39,741 nucleotides of DNA. Origin: Bdellovibrionales bacterium (GTDB lineage Bacteria > Bdellovibrionota > UBA1018 > CAIMNF01). The notes beneath the pieces are model-generated. The model was not told the DNA's origin. It did not search any database and saw only the letters and a program-made list of their open reading frames with translations. Position numbers and translations under genes: made by a program. The stretch covers positions 1 through 39,741 of the forward strand of contig JBEIJY010000023.1 of NCBI GenBank assembly GCA_040380025.1, in the 5' to 3' direction. The stretch's first letter is position 1. Each line of letters opens with the position of its first letter. Shown one piece after another: positions 8,841-18,700 of this stretch.

Positions 8841-9337
8841 CGGACACAGCAGTTCTGCCGGTAAAAAAATGTACCCTGAAAGGGCACGCGTTCGAACACG
8901 AGCGGCAGGAAGTGGCGATCGCCCTCCCAGAGATCAAGCGCCGTCACCTTCGACAACGGAACGAATTCCAGCAAACCCTCCGGCTGATCCGGATCATGGA
9001 GGGGAATGCTCTCTGCTTGTTCCGTCGTCAGGTCGGTGACGAGCACATTCACCCACCAGTCCTCGCCTTTGTGGGCCTTGAAGTTCGGAAAGTGAAGCTG
9101 TCCGAGCCACTGCCATTGCTCTGCGCGGGTCGGGCATCCCGATTCCTCACGGAACTCCCGCACGCTCGCTTCGGTCATCGTCTCATCCGAATCAAGCTTG
9201 CCGCCGAGGCCGTTCCATTTGCCCGGCAAGCCGTCTTTCGGGCGCGAGCGGAGCATGAGCACTCGGTCTTGATGAAAAGCATAAAGCAATACGGCCGGGA
9301 TCACCTTGCGGGTTCCGTCGGTGAAGGCATTGCTCAT
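8816..9337 (-). CDS. Nudix hydrolase (8-oxo-dGTP diphosphatase, MTH1/MutX-like)
   Basis: WNGLGGKLDSDETMTEASVREFREESG Nudix box, plus EG and LWEGD motifs. Confidence 0.9.
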   Translation of the reverse strand: MSNAFTDGTRKVIPAVLLYAFHQDRVLMLRSRPKDGLPGKWNGLGGKLDSDETMTEASVREFREESGCPTRAEQWQWLGQLHFPNFKAHKGEDWWVNVLVTDLTTEQAESIPLHDPDQPEGLLEFVPLSKVTALDLWEGDRHFLPLVFERVPFQGTFFYRQNCCVRHELSRLR

Positions 9338-10014
9338 TGTTTCTCGCTCGCCGAAACCGGCTCGATGGTAAGGTCGGTGAAGTCCACCATCATGATTTTT
9401 CCGCTGAATTTTAGGGTGTTCAGTTTCTCGGCCAAAAGCCGCCGGAGCTCGAGCTTGCTGTTCGGGTTCAGCACCTCTTCGGGCGAGCTCGCCTGCAGGA
9501 TCGGCAGAATCAGATCGCTCACCTCTTCGGGACGGTTCTTCAGCTCATTGCAAGTTTCCTCGGTCGTGCACTCGGCCGTGATGCTGACGCGAAGCTCGCT
9601 TCCGGCCCAAGTCACCCGGAACTGCCCGATGCCCTGCATGAACACCGGATCCTCGCCGGGCCGCGGACGATTGAATGCGAGTTGCTTGTTGAGCCAGCCG
9701 CCATACAAGCGGGCGCGTTCGGCCTCTTCGGCCTGCAGGTCCCGACTCGCATTGCGGTGCTCGATGTAGCGGTAAATCAAAAGTCCGTAACAGGTGAAAG
9801 CAAGAAACCCGAAGGTGATCGAAAGCCAGGTCAGGTACCGGCTCGGAGGATCGGCCGACCGGATCAGTTCCTTCAGTTTGGGCTTGGGTAAATGAATTAA
9901 ATTCAAATCCTCTGATTGCTCGGCAGGAGACTGCTCGGCAGGGTCGGCTTCGGGGGCCGACTCGTCGGACGGCGGAACGGGTTCGGTTTCGGGGGGCGTT
10001 TGCTCTTCTGACAC
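9334..10014 (-). CDS. FliL-like single-pass membrane protein with acidic/Pro-rich N-terminal tail
   Basis: One TM segment (LTWLSITFGFLAFTCYGLLIY), followed by a domain with the FliL-like pattern 'EVSDLILPIL...GK/SKLELRRLLAEKLN...GKIMMVDFTD'. Start refined to GTG 10014 because the track's longer ORF runs antisense to accA. Confidence 0.65.
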   Translation of the reverse strand: MSEEQTPPETEPVPPSDESAPEADPAEQSPAEQSEDLNLIHLPKPKLKELIRSADPPSRYLTWLSITFGFLAFTCYGLLIYRYIEHRNASRDLQAEEAERARLYGGWLNKQLAFNRPRPGEDPVFMQGIGQFRVTWAGSELRVSITAECTTEETCNELKNRPEEVSDLILPILQASSPEEVLNPNSKLELRRLLAEKLNTLKFSGKIMMVDFTDLTIEPVSASEKQ

Positions 10015-10021
10015 CTCCCGA

Positions 10022-10056
10022 AGATTATCACTGAAGGTCCGTTTTTGTGATAAAGT
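10022..10056. promoter_or_regulatory. Back-to-back divergent extended -10 promoters (fliL-like and accA)
   Basis: Minus strand TG-A-TAATCT (10030-10022) and plus strand TG-A-TAAAGT (10048-10056) in a 52-bp gap. Confidence 0.5.
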
Positions 10057-10066
10057 TTCCGGACCC

Positions 10067-11086
10067 ACGGAACTTTTTTTTGATTTCGAAAAGCCGATCA
10101 TCAGTCTCGAAAAGAAGCTCGAGGAGCTCCGGGAAATCTCCAGCTCCGACGGGGTCGATCTGACCCGCGAGATCGCCACCCTCGAAAAAAAGCTGAAGGC
10201 GCTCGTTCGCGAAACCTACGCCAAGCTCGGAAGCTGGCAGCGCGTCCAGCTCTCCCGGCACCCGAACCGTCCCTATACCTTCGATTATCTCGAGGCGCTG
10301 TTCCCTGATTTCACCGAGCTTCATGGCGACCGCGCCTTCGGCGATGACGCCGCGATCGTGGCCGGCACCGCGACCTGGAACCTGAACGGCAAAAAAATCC
10401 CGGTCATGATGATCATCGGTCACCAGAAAGGACGCACGACCAAACAAAAAGTCGAGCGCAATTTCGGCATGGCCCGTCCCGAGGGCTACCGGAAGGCGAT
10501 CCGTATGTTCCAGTTCGCCGAGCGGTTCCGTCTGCCGGTGATCAGCTTCATCGACACCCCGGGTGCCTATCCCGGCATGGACGCCGAAGAGCGGGGTCAA
10601 AGCCAGGCGATCGCCGAGAGCATTCTTGCCATGTTCGAGCTGACCGTTCCGACCTGTTCGATCGTCATCGGAGAAGGCGGTTCGGGGGGAGCCCTCGCCA
10701 TCGGCATCGGAAACTGCGTCATGATGCAGGAATTCACCACCTATTCGGTGATCAGCCCCGAGAGCTGTGCCGCGATCCTCTGGAGCGATTCCACTCAGGC
10801 GGCGCGGGCGGCGGAACGGCTCAAGATTACGGCAAAAGACCTCGAATCCTTCCAGCTTCTCGATGCCGTGATCGAGGAGCCGAACGGCGGAGCCCATCGC
10901 GACCGCATGGGCGCGATCGAGAGCATGGGGCGGGCCCTCGAAACCCGCTTCGGTCCGCTCGCATTGCAGGATTTCACCGACCCGAAATCCAAGACCGCGC
11001 GCAAGATCAAAGAAGACCGCTTCCAAAAATTCCGCAAAATGGGCGAGTTCGCTTTCGTGCCCCTGCAGTCAGGTCTGAAATCATGA
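10067..11086 (+). CDS. accA: Acetyl-CoA carboxylase carboxyltransferase alpha subunit (start non-canonical or uncertain)
   Basis: The frame upstream of the track ORF reads (T)ELFFDFEKPIISLEKKLEELR...WQRVQLSRHPNRP...ELHGDRAFGDD, then GHQKGR, NFGMARPEGYRKA, DTPGAYPG, GEGGSGGALA and YSVISPE. Confidence 0.95.
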   Translation, partial: TELFFDFEKPIISLEKKLEELREISSSDGVDLTREIATLEKKLKALVRETYAKLGSWQRVQLSRHPNRPYTFDYLEALFPDFTELHGDRAFGDDAAIVAGTATWNLNGKKIPVMMIIGHQKGRTTKQKVERNFGMARPEGYRKAIRMFQFAERFRLPVISFIDTPGAYPGMDAEERGQSQAIAESILAMFELTVPTCSIVIGEGGSGGALAIGIGNCVMMQEFTTYSVISPESCAAILWSDSTQAARAAERLKITAKDLESFQLLDAVIEEPNGGAHRDRMGAIESMGRALETRFGPLALQDFTDPKSKTARKIKEDRFQKFRKMGEFAFVPLQSGLKS

Positions 11087-11994
11087 TTCATTCGATGACC
11101 GGATTCGCCTCGACGGTTTTCTCGGCCGGAGAAGACTCGTTTCGCATCGAGGTGAAGTCCCTGAATCACCGCTTCCTCGATCTCAAGCTCCGGATCCCGC
11201 GCGAGCTTCAGGCCCTCGAAGCCCCCCTCCGCACGCTTCTCGAGAGCCGCCTGAAGCGCGGTTCGGTCGATTTCTGGATCGACCGGCAGGGAAAGAAATC
11301 CGGAACGGTCCCGCATCTCGATCTCGACCGCGCGCGGAGTGCGATGCAAGAGCTCACCCGGCTTCGGAGCGAGCTCGGGATCCGCGACGAGGTCACCCTT
11401 CAGGATCTGCTCTCGTTTCCCGAGGTGCTTTCTTCGGGATCGGCCTCCGAGCGCACCGAAGAAGAGCAAGCTCTTCTCGAAAAAGAGGTGCTCCGGGCCG
11501 CAGGGGTCGTGATCGACGATCTGGTCCGGATGAGGCGGGGCGAGGGGGAGCGTCTCACAGCCGCCTTGTTCGCCCTTCTCGAAGGACTCCGGAGTGCGCT
11601 CGGCAGACTCCACGCTCAACGAGAGCAAGTGCGCTCGCGCGTGCGCGAAAAAGTCAAAAAACGCATCGAGCAGTGCTTTGAGGCGTACTCCGCGCCGGAG
11701 GAGCGCGTGCGCGCCCTTCTCGAGACCCGCGTGGCCCAGGAAGTCGCTTATTCTCTCGAGAAACTCGACATCGAAGAAGAACTCACGCGGTTCGAGGGAC
11801 ACCTGCATGCCATCGCCCAGCTCCTTCTCGAGGGCGGCGCGGTCGGAAAGCGTCTTGATTTTTTGTTCCAGGAATTGAATCGTGAGGTGAACACCCTTGC
11901 CAACAAATCGCAGGATCTCGACATCAGTCGCGAGGCGGTCGCCCTGAAGGCCGGAATCGAACAACTCCGGGAGCAGAGTCTCAATCTCGAATGA
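11083..11994 (+). CDS. yicC: YicC/YloC family endoribonuclease
   Basis: SMTGF N-terminus, SLNHRFLD, DIEEELTR, GKRLDFLFQELNREVNT and IEQLREQSLNLE. Canonical position upstream of gmk. Confidence 0.95.
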   Translation: MIHSMTGFASTVFSAGEDSFRIEVKSLNHRFLDLKLRIPRELQALEAPLRTLLESRLKRGSVDFWIDRQGKKSGTVPHLDLDRARSAMQELTRLRSELGIRDEVTLQDLLSFPEVLSSGSASERTEEEQALLEKEVLRAAGVVIDDLVRMRRGEGERLTAALFALLEGLRSALGRLHAQREQVRSRVREKVKKRIEQCFEAYSAPEERVRALLETRVAQEVAYSLEKLDIEEELTRFEGHLHAIAQLLLEGGAVGKRLDFLFQELNREVNTLANKSQDLDISREAVALKAGIEQLREQSLNLE

Positions 11995-12611
11995 CCATGA
12001 TCTCAGGAACCAAAGGGCGTTTTGGCTTGATTGTCGTGTCGGCCCCGAGCGGGGCCGGAAAAAGCTCGTTGTGCGCGCGTCTTTTATCGTCGCTCCCGGA
12101 GCGCGTGGCGCTTTCGATCTCCACCACCTCGCGGAATCCGCGGGGGAGCGAGGAGCACGGCAAGGAGTATTTTTTCGTGACTCCCGGGGAGTTCCAGTCC
12201 GGCATCCAGCGCAAGGATTTCGCCGAGTGGGCGCTCGTCCACGGAAATTACTACGGAACCTCGAAGTCCACCCTCCGCACCTTCTGGGCGCGGCAAAAGC
12301 ATGTGCTTCTCGACATCGACGTGCAGGGAGCGGAGACGCTCCGGCGCACCTATCCGGACCGGTGTCTTACGGTGTTCATCGCGCCGCCAAGCATCGAGGT
12401 GCTTGAGGAGCGACTGCGCGGACGCGGGACCGAGAGCGAGGAAGCTGTGCAAAAACGGATGAAGAACGCGGTCTGGGAACTCGCCCAGCAGGAGCGCTTC
12501 GACCTCGTGATCGTGAACGATGATTTCGAGAATGCCTACGGTGAGCTTGAGGGGGCGGCCATCCGGTTCATGGATGAGCTCGAGAGGGGAACATGGCGAA
12601 AGGGAATGTGA
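11991..12611 (+). CDS. gmk: Guanylate kinase
   Basis: SAPSGAGKSS P-loop, STTSRNPRGSE, YFF, VHGNYYGT, LDIDVQGA and RLRGRGTES. Confidence 0.97.
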   Translation: MTMISGTKGRFGLIVVSAPSGAGKSSLCARLLSSLPERVALSISTTSRNPRGSEEHGKEYFFVTPGEFQSGIQRKDFAEWALVHGNYYGTSKSTLRTFWARQKHVLLDIDVQGAETLRRTYPDRCLTVFIAPPSIEVLEERLRGRGTESEEAVQKRMKNAVWELAQQERFDLVIVNDDFENAYGELEGAAIRFMDELERGTWRKGM

Positions 12612-14773
12612 ATTCGGTCGAGGAAATCTGCAGTACGATTCGCGGGTATTATCCCGATGCGAATCTCGCCCTCGTCCGGAAGGCCTATGAGTTCGCCGAG
12701 AAAGCGCATGGCGATCAAAAGCGCTCGAGTGGTGACCCGTACATCATCCACCCGACCGAGGTGGCGCGGATCCTGGCCGAACTCCGTCTCGATCTGTCCT
12801 CGATTTGCGCCGCATTTCTGCACGATACGGTCGAAGACACCCAGGCCCGGCTCGAGGACATCGAACGGGAGTTCGGCAAGGATGTGGCGACCCTGGTGGA
12901 CGGGGTGACGAAGCTGAACAAGATGTCCTTCCGGACAAGCGAAGAAAAGCAGGCCGAGAACTTCCGGAAGATGATCATCGCGATGTCCAAAGACATCCGG
13001 GTGATCATCGTGAAGCTCTCCGACCGCTTGAGCAACATGCGCTCGCTCCAGTTCCTTCCGGCGCACAAACAAAAAACGATCGCCCGCGAGACCCTCGACA
13101 TCTACGCCCCCCTCGCGAACCGCCTCGGGATGAGCCGGATCAAAGTCGAACTCGAAGATCTGTGCCTGCGGTTCATCCATCCGGACGTGTACTACAAGCT
13201 CGCCGAGCTGGTGTCGAAGAACAAATCCGAACGCGAGAAGCACATCGAAGAGGTCACCGAGCTCATCCACGAGAAGCTCTCGGAATACGACGTGAAGGCC
13301 CAGGTTTCGGGCCGAGCGAAGCATTTTTATTCGATTTACAAAAAAATGGAGCGCCGTCAGGTCGATTTCGACGAGCTTCACGACATCATTGCCTTCCGGA
13401 TCATCGTCGAGAACATCACCGAGTGCTACAAGGCGCTCGGGGTGATCCACGCCGCATTCAAGCCCGTTCCGGGCCGCTTCAAGGACTACATCGCCATGCC
13501 GAAGGCGAACCACTACCAGTCCCTGCACACCACCGTGATCGGGCCCACCGGTGAACGCACCGAGATCCAGATCCGCACCCAGGAGATGCATCTGGTGGCC
13601 GAGCGGGGGATCGCCGCGCACTGGAAGTACAAAGAAGGAAAATTCGAGTCCGCGAACCGCGAAGGGGTCGATTGGGTGAACCGCCTTCTCGAATGGCAGA
13701 AGGACCTCTCGGACCCGAACGAGTTCCTCGAGACGGTGAAGGTCGATTTGTTCTCGGAGGACGTGTTCGTGTTCACGCCGAAGGGAGAAGTGAAAGAGCT
13801 TCCCTACGGTGCCACGCCGCTCGATTTCGCCTATGCCGTCCACACCGATGTCGGAAACCGCTGTGTCGGTGCCAAGGTGAACGGACGGATCGTCTCCCTC
13901 CGGCACCGGCTCAAATCGGGAGACGCGATTGAGGTGATCACTTCTCCGACCCAGACACCCTCGAAGGACTGGCTCAAGATCGTGCGCTCTTCGCGCGCCA
14001 AGGCGAAGATCCGGGCCTTCATCAAGATGCGCGAGCGGGAAACCGCGCGCATCGAGGGAATCGACATTTTCGAGAAGGGAGTCCGGAAGGCCGGCTTCGC
14101 CGTATCCCGCCTCGAAAAGAGCGGAAAACTCGACGAGACCCTGAAGGAGCTCGGGCTCCGGGCGATCGATGAGCTGTACGTCGGGATCGGCTATGGCCGG
14201 TATCAGATGGACCAGCTCCTCCCGCGACTCATCCCGAAAGAGGACCTCGAGCGGCTCCAGCCCTCCGTTCCCGAAGAAGAAGAGGGGTTCCTGAAAAAAG
14301 CCCTCCGCTCGGCCACGAAGAAGAGCGAGGCGCGGAACTCCGTGGTCGTCGAGGGAGTCGATGACGTCCTGATCCGGTATGCGAAGTGCTGCAATCCTGT
14401 TCCGGGAGAGAGCATCATCGGGTTCATCACCCGGGGCCGCGGAGTGACGATTCACCAAGCCACCTGTGCCCGTGCGCTCGACACCGACACCGAACGCCGG
14501 ATCGATGTGCGCTGGAACCAAGCGGGATCGTCGCCCGTCAAGCGTGCCGTGCGGATCCGGGTGTTCTCGCACGACGATACGGGCATTCTGGCCGTGATGT
14601 CCCAGACCATCACCGGATGCGGTGTGAACATCGCGAGTGCGAACATCCGCACCACCAAAGACAAAAAAGCGATCGCGATCTTCGAGGTCGAGGTGGGGAA
14701 CATGGATCAGCTGAACCGCGTGATGAGTGCGCTGGAATCGAAGAAGGGAGTGATTTCGGTCGAGCGCAGTTGA
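12593..14773 (+). CDS. rel: Bifunctional (p)ppGpp synthetase/hydrolase (long RSH, Rel)
   Basis: Intact HD hydrolase (QKRSSGDPYIIHP, LHDTVED), synthetase RFKDYI and YQSLHT, TGS (DFAYAVHTDVG), zinc finger (AKCCNP...HQATC) and C-terminal ACT domain. Confidence 0.97.
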   Translation: MAKGNVNSVEEICSTIRGYYPDANLALVRKAYEFAEKAHGDQKRSSGDPYIIHPTEVARILAELRLDLSSICAAFLHDTVEDTQARLEDIEREFGKDVATLVDGVTKLNKMSFRTSEEKQAENFRKMIIAMSKDIRVIIVKLSDRLSNMRSLQFLPAHKQKTIARETLDIYAPLANRLGMSRIKVELEDLCLRFIHPDVYYKLAELVSKNKSEREKHIEEVTELIHEKLSEYDVKAQVSGRAKHFYSIYKKMERRQVDFDELHDIIAFRIIVENITECYKALGVIHAAFKPVPGRFKDYIAMPKANHYQSLHTTVIGPTGERTEIQIRTQEMHLVAERGIAAHWKYKEGKFESANREGVDWVNRLLEWQKDLSDPNEFLETVKVDLFSEDVFVFTPKGEVKELPYGATPLDFAYAVHTDVGNRCVGAKVNGRIVSLRHRLKSGDAIEVITSPTQTPSKDWLKIVRSSRAKAKIRAFIKMRERETARIEGIDIFEKGVRKAGFAVSRLEKSGKLDETLKELGLRAIDELYVGIGYGRYQMDQLLPRLIPKEDLERLQPSVPEEEEGFLKKALRSATKKSEARNSVVVEGVDDVLIRYAKCCNPVPGESIIGFITRGRGVTIHQATCARALDTDTERRIDVRWNQAGSSPVKRAVRIRVFSHDDTGILAVMSQTITGCGVNIASANIRTTKDKKAIAIFEVEVGNMDQLNRVMSALESKKGVISVERS

Positions 14774-15771
14774 TGCCGCCGGAACAGCCCGTGATGATGA
14801 AGCGATTCCACACCCGGATTCCCCCGTCCGTACAAAAGGCGCGTCTGGACCAGTTCCTTGCGGAGTGGCTTCCGCATGTTCTTGCAAAACCGCTCTCAAA
14901 AAGCGCGATCCGGACGCTTCTTCTGAGCGGATCGGTCTATGTGAACCGGCATCGGGTCAAGTCCGGGCCCACGCCCCTGTACAGCGGTTCGGTGATCGAG
15001 GTGTATTACGACGAAGCGAGGATTTTTCCGAATCGGACGGCGATCGCCGCGCCCGAGAGGCTCGAGACCTCGCGGATCGTGTTCGAGGATGAGTGGCTTC
15101 TTGTGATCGACAAACCCGCGGGTCTTCCGACCCAGCCCACGCTCGATCCGCTCCGGCCGAACTTGTTCGATCTGGCCAAATCATTCCTTCGCGCCCGCGA
15201 AAAGACCGAGGGAGTGTATGTGGGGCTTCATCACCGGCTCGATCGCGACACCTCGGGGCTCGTTTTGTTCACCAAGAAAGAAGCCGCCAATCCCGGGGTC
15301 TCGGTGCTGTTCTCGGGGCATCAGATCCGAAAAACCTACCAATGCGTTACCTGGCGCACGCAGGATGCCCCTCCGCTTGCTCCGGGCGAGGAGCGGGTGG
15401 TCGATGATTTTTTGGGCAAAACCGGTACCCGCAACAAAAAAGCCCTTTGGGGAAGGGTGAACCACGGCGGCGATCGCGCGATCACGAACTTCCGGGTGCT
15501 CGAGAGTTTCCGGTCGGCGTGTTGGTTCGAGGCACGCCCGAAGACCGGACGCACCCATCAAATTCGGGTTCATTCGAGCGGGATGGGCTACCCGATTCTG
15601 GGAGACGAGCTGTATTTTCCCGAAGGGGTGATTCCGATTTTGCCGGCTCCGAGACTCATGCTCCACGCCCTGCGGTTGGAATTCCGGCATCCGATGACGG
15701 GTAAGGATATTGGCATCGAATCCGATCTGCCCCGTGAATTCGTAGACTACCTTGGCTTGATCCGTTCTTGA
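14773..15771 (+). CDS. RluA-family pseudouridine synthase with S4 domain (RluC/RluD-like)
   Basis: RLDQFL, DKPAGLP, HRLDRDTSG (catalytic Asp), TGRTHQIRVH, PILGD and LMLHA. Start at the TGATG overlap with rel. Confidence 0.93.
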   Translation: MPPEQPVMMKRFHTRIPPSVQKARLDQFLAEWLPHVLAKPLSKSAIRTLLLSGSVYVNRHRVKSGPTPLYSGSVIEVYYDEARIFPNRTAIAAPERLETSRIVFEDEWLLVIDKPAGLPTQPTLDPLRPNLFDLAKSFLRAREKTEGVYVGLHHRLDRDTSGLVLFTKKEAANPGVSVLFSGHQIRKTYQCVTWRTQDAPPLAPGEERVVDDFLGKTGTRNKKALWGRVNHGGDRAITNFRVLESFRSACWFEARPKTGRTHQIRVHSSGMGYPILGDELYFPEGVIPILPAPRLMLHALRLEFRHPMTGKDIGIESDLPREFVDYLGLIRS

Positions 15772-15774
15772 ACT

Positions 15775-18700
15775 CTACAACGCCGTCGAGAGGTTCGACA
15801 TGATCTTCAGGATGTCCTTCCGGTCGAGCATGGGAGGTTCCTTGTCCCGAACAGAAGGCCTCTTGTCGAGCTTCCTCCAGTCCTTGAACCAGCAGAAGAT
15901 CTCCTTGATCGCGGCGACCCGTTGCCGGAAGTTGTCTCCCGGCTTGATTCCCCGGGGCGGCTCACCCTTGAAGATCAGGTAGCCGAAAATCGCCTCGACT
16001 TGTTTCGGTTTTTTGCCCGGCTCGCAGGAACCCGCAATCAGCGGGCCGCCCGCATTTTTGATTTCCATGCAAAAAATCGAAAAGCTCTTCATGATTTCCG
16101 AGAACTGCAGATAATCATCGCGGTTCACATTGAAGCGCTGGAACAGGTTCTCGGTGAAGTGGGGGACCGAGACCAGCGATTCCAGCTCTACCCGCGGAAA
16201 CGCCCCGTCTTCCTTCCAGGCGGGATAGATCGCGGTCAGCATCGATTTCCGGAAGCTGTCCATTCCGGCATCATCCCAGGTCACCATCTGCCGGATCAGC
16301 TCGGGCGCGATCTCCCCGTAGATCCTCGCAAAGAAGGCTTTCTGGAAATACACCCGCTTCAGGCACGAAACCGGAATCTCCGAGATCCGGTCGAAATCCT
16401 GCACCTCCGGAAAGCATGCCGGATAAAGAACGGCCTCGATTTCGAGCAGCGCTTTCTTCCCGCCCTGGGTGATGGTCAGGAACTCGGTCGTCTCGGTGGT
16501 ATCGATGTACTGATCCCCGTTCCCGTTTCGGGTGAAGAGATTGATGCTTCGAAGCCGCGCGAGCGCCGACTTCGATGCCGGAGCGTAGCCGTACACGAGC
16601 TTCAGCTCGGTGATGAGGTCGTTCAGATCGGTCAGGAGATCCGTCAGATCCGTCACATTCAGGCGGGCGGTGTTCGGTCCCTGCGGATCTTTCGAGACCT
16701 TGTAGAGCGGAAACAGCATCTCGACGACCTGGAAGACCATGAACTTGAACGACACATCATACAGATTGAACTGGTTCAGGACCTCTCCCGCGCGCGGGTA
16801 GCGAAGCCGGTGTTCCTTTCCGAAGAGCACCGGTTGGATGTTCCGGAGGATTTTCTGGGCCGAAGGGCTCCGGAGCCGGCCGATCAGCTCATCGCGATGG
16901 ACCTCGGTCTCGGGAGAGGGGAACGAGGCCTCCAGCGGGGCCAGCTCGTCGCGGATCCGCGCCGTCAGGGCAATGAACGGACCCAGATCGCGACCCCCGA
17001 ACCCCAACCCTTCGAGGCTTTTCGGTTTTGGGGACTTCATCCGCTTCAGCACGCGGGTGTGGAATCCCGAGAGGAACTTGTCGATCGTGGGTTCCTGCGG
17101 AAACAGCTTCACCCGGCGGAGTCCCTCGCGGATCAAGGCCTTCAGGTCGGTCAGGCGAATCTCGCCTGCGCGTGAGTCAGCAAAGGCCCGAAGACCCAAG
17201 TGCACGAGGTCGAAGGTCTTCGAGTCCACCCCCGGCTTGAAGCCCGATCCGAGCTCCTGATACCGCGGATACACATCGCGAAGGATGTTCCCTCCGAGGC
17301 GGGCGATGACCGAATAGTCCTGCCGCGAAAACGAATCCCGATTTCCACCCACCGCCACCGGCTTCACGAGCCGGATCAGATCAAGTGTGAGGCCCAGGGT
17401 CTCGGTCTGGTATTCCTTGGGCAAAAACGAGTTTACGGCGCTGATCACCTCTGCGATCGGGGCGTTCGGAATCGAGGTGTTCAAGAGAAGATCCGAGACC
17501 ATGAACATCGAGTCCGTCATGCTCTTCCCCCATCGGAGCGGTTCGAACAGCATCGCGGCATCGCGGACCTCGCGAATCGAGATTTTGGTCTCCGGGGTGC
17601 GGAAGAAGGTCGCCTTCAGTTTCATTCCGCGGTCGAGGTAGCTTCGAATCAGATTCCAGTCCATGACCGTCGCGGGAGACATCTCGCGCAGGGTCTCCTC
17701 GAGTCTGGCGAGAAGGCCCTTGATCTGCGTTACGCTCACTTCCTCGAAGCTCGGAGCCCGCACGAGGATCTCGAGCGTGTCTCCCAGTTTCTGATTCATC
17801 GGATCGGTCGACTGCGGATCCCAGGTGGCGTAGAAGTCAAAGCCCTTTCCGATGATTCCGGCCACTTGCCGGGGTCTCAGCGTCTCGCCGTCATTGCCGA
17901 CCAGAAAGGGAAGCACCTCTTTGATGAGGGGCAGGTATTTCTGGAACTGAACCTTCAGGGTCTTGTCCTGAAGCATGGGGTCGAGCTCGTCCAGGTATTG
18001 AGAGGTTCGGGTCAGGCTCAAGGTCGAAACCCGTTGGTCCCAGCCGGAGTCCGAGACCGCGGCGAGTCGGATCACTTCGATCAGATCCCGCACGAGCGGC
18101 GCGAGGACCTTCGGGGTCAGGTGATTCGGATCGAGCTTCAGGGCCTGTTCGGCGAGACGGCCTGCGGTCTTCCGGAGCTCGGCGTTTCCGAAGAATTGCC
18201 GGAGGGCGAGCGAGCCCCGCGTGCGCGGAAACAAAAGGGAATTCACGAACAAGGCCTTCGCGAAGCCATCCGAGAACTGGAGCACGATCGGGCGGGTGGT
18301 CAGTTGTTCGTTCGCAGAGAGACTCTGCAGGGTTTCGATGAGCTTTTGCACCGCGCGGGCCTGTTCCGGCTCGGTCGATTCGACTTCGATCCAGGTTTGA
18401 TCCAGAATCTCGGAGGGCTTTTGGGTGATCAGGAACGCGCCGTACAGGTTTGCAATCGAATTGAAGATGGGTTTCCATTTTGCGGCCTCGATCGCGGACT
18501 CGCTCCCCCCGACCAGAAGAAGCTTCGAATACTGCAACACGGGCAATTGCTCCCGGACGAGTGCCAGCACGGTTTCCGGGGTTTTTCCGTTCCGTCGCGA
18601 AATGAATTTCTCGAGCTCCTCCAAAAAAGTGCCGAGTTCCTTCCATTCCAAAGGGTTTCTCGAATCCGCCAGCACCTCCGGAAGTCCGCGCACAAAGACT

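Noticed and set aside
10015..10179. Track's N-terminal extension of the FliL-like ORF
   Set aside because: It is antisense to the conserved accA N-terminus and spans the divergent promoters. GTG 10014 is more plausible.
12536..14899. 787-aa antisense ORF over rel
   Set aside because: Codon-register shadow of a conserved high-GC gene with no motifs. The same applies to 10028-11026 and 10795-11964 (-).
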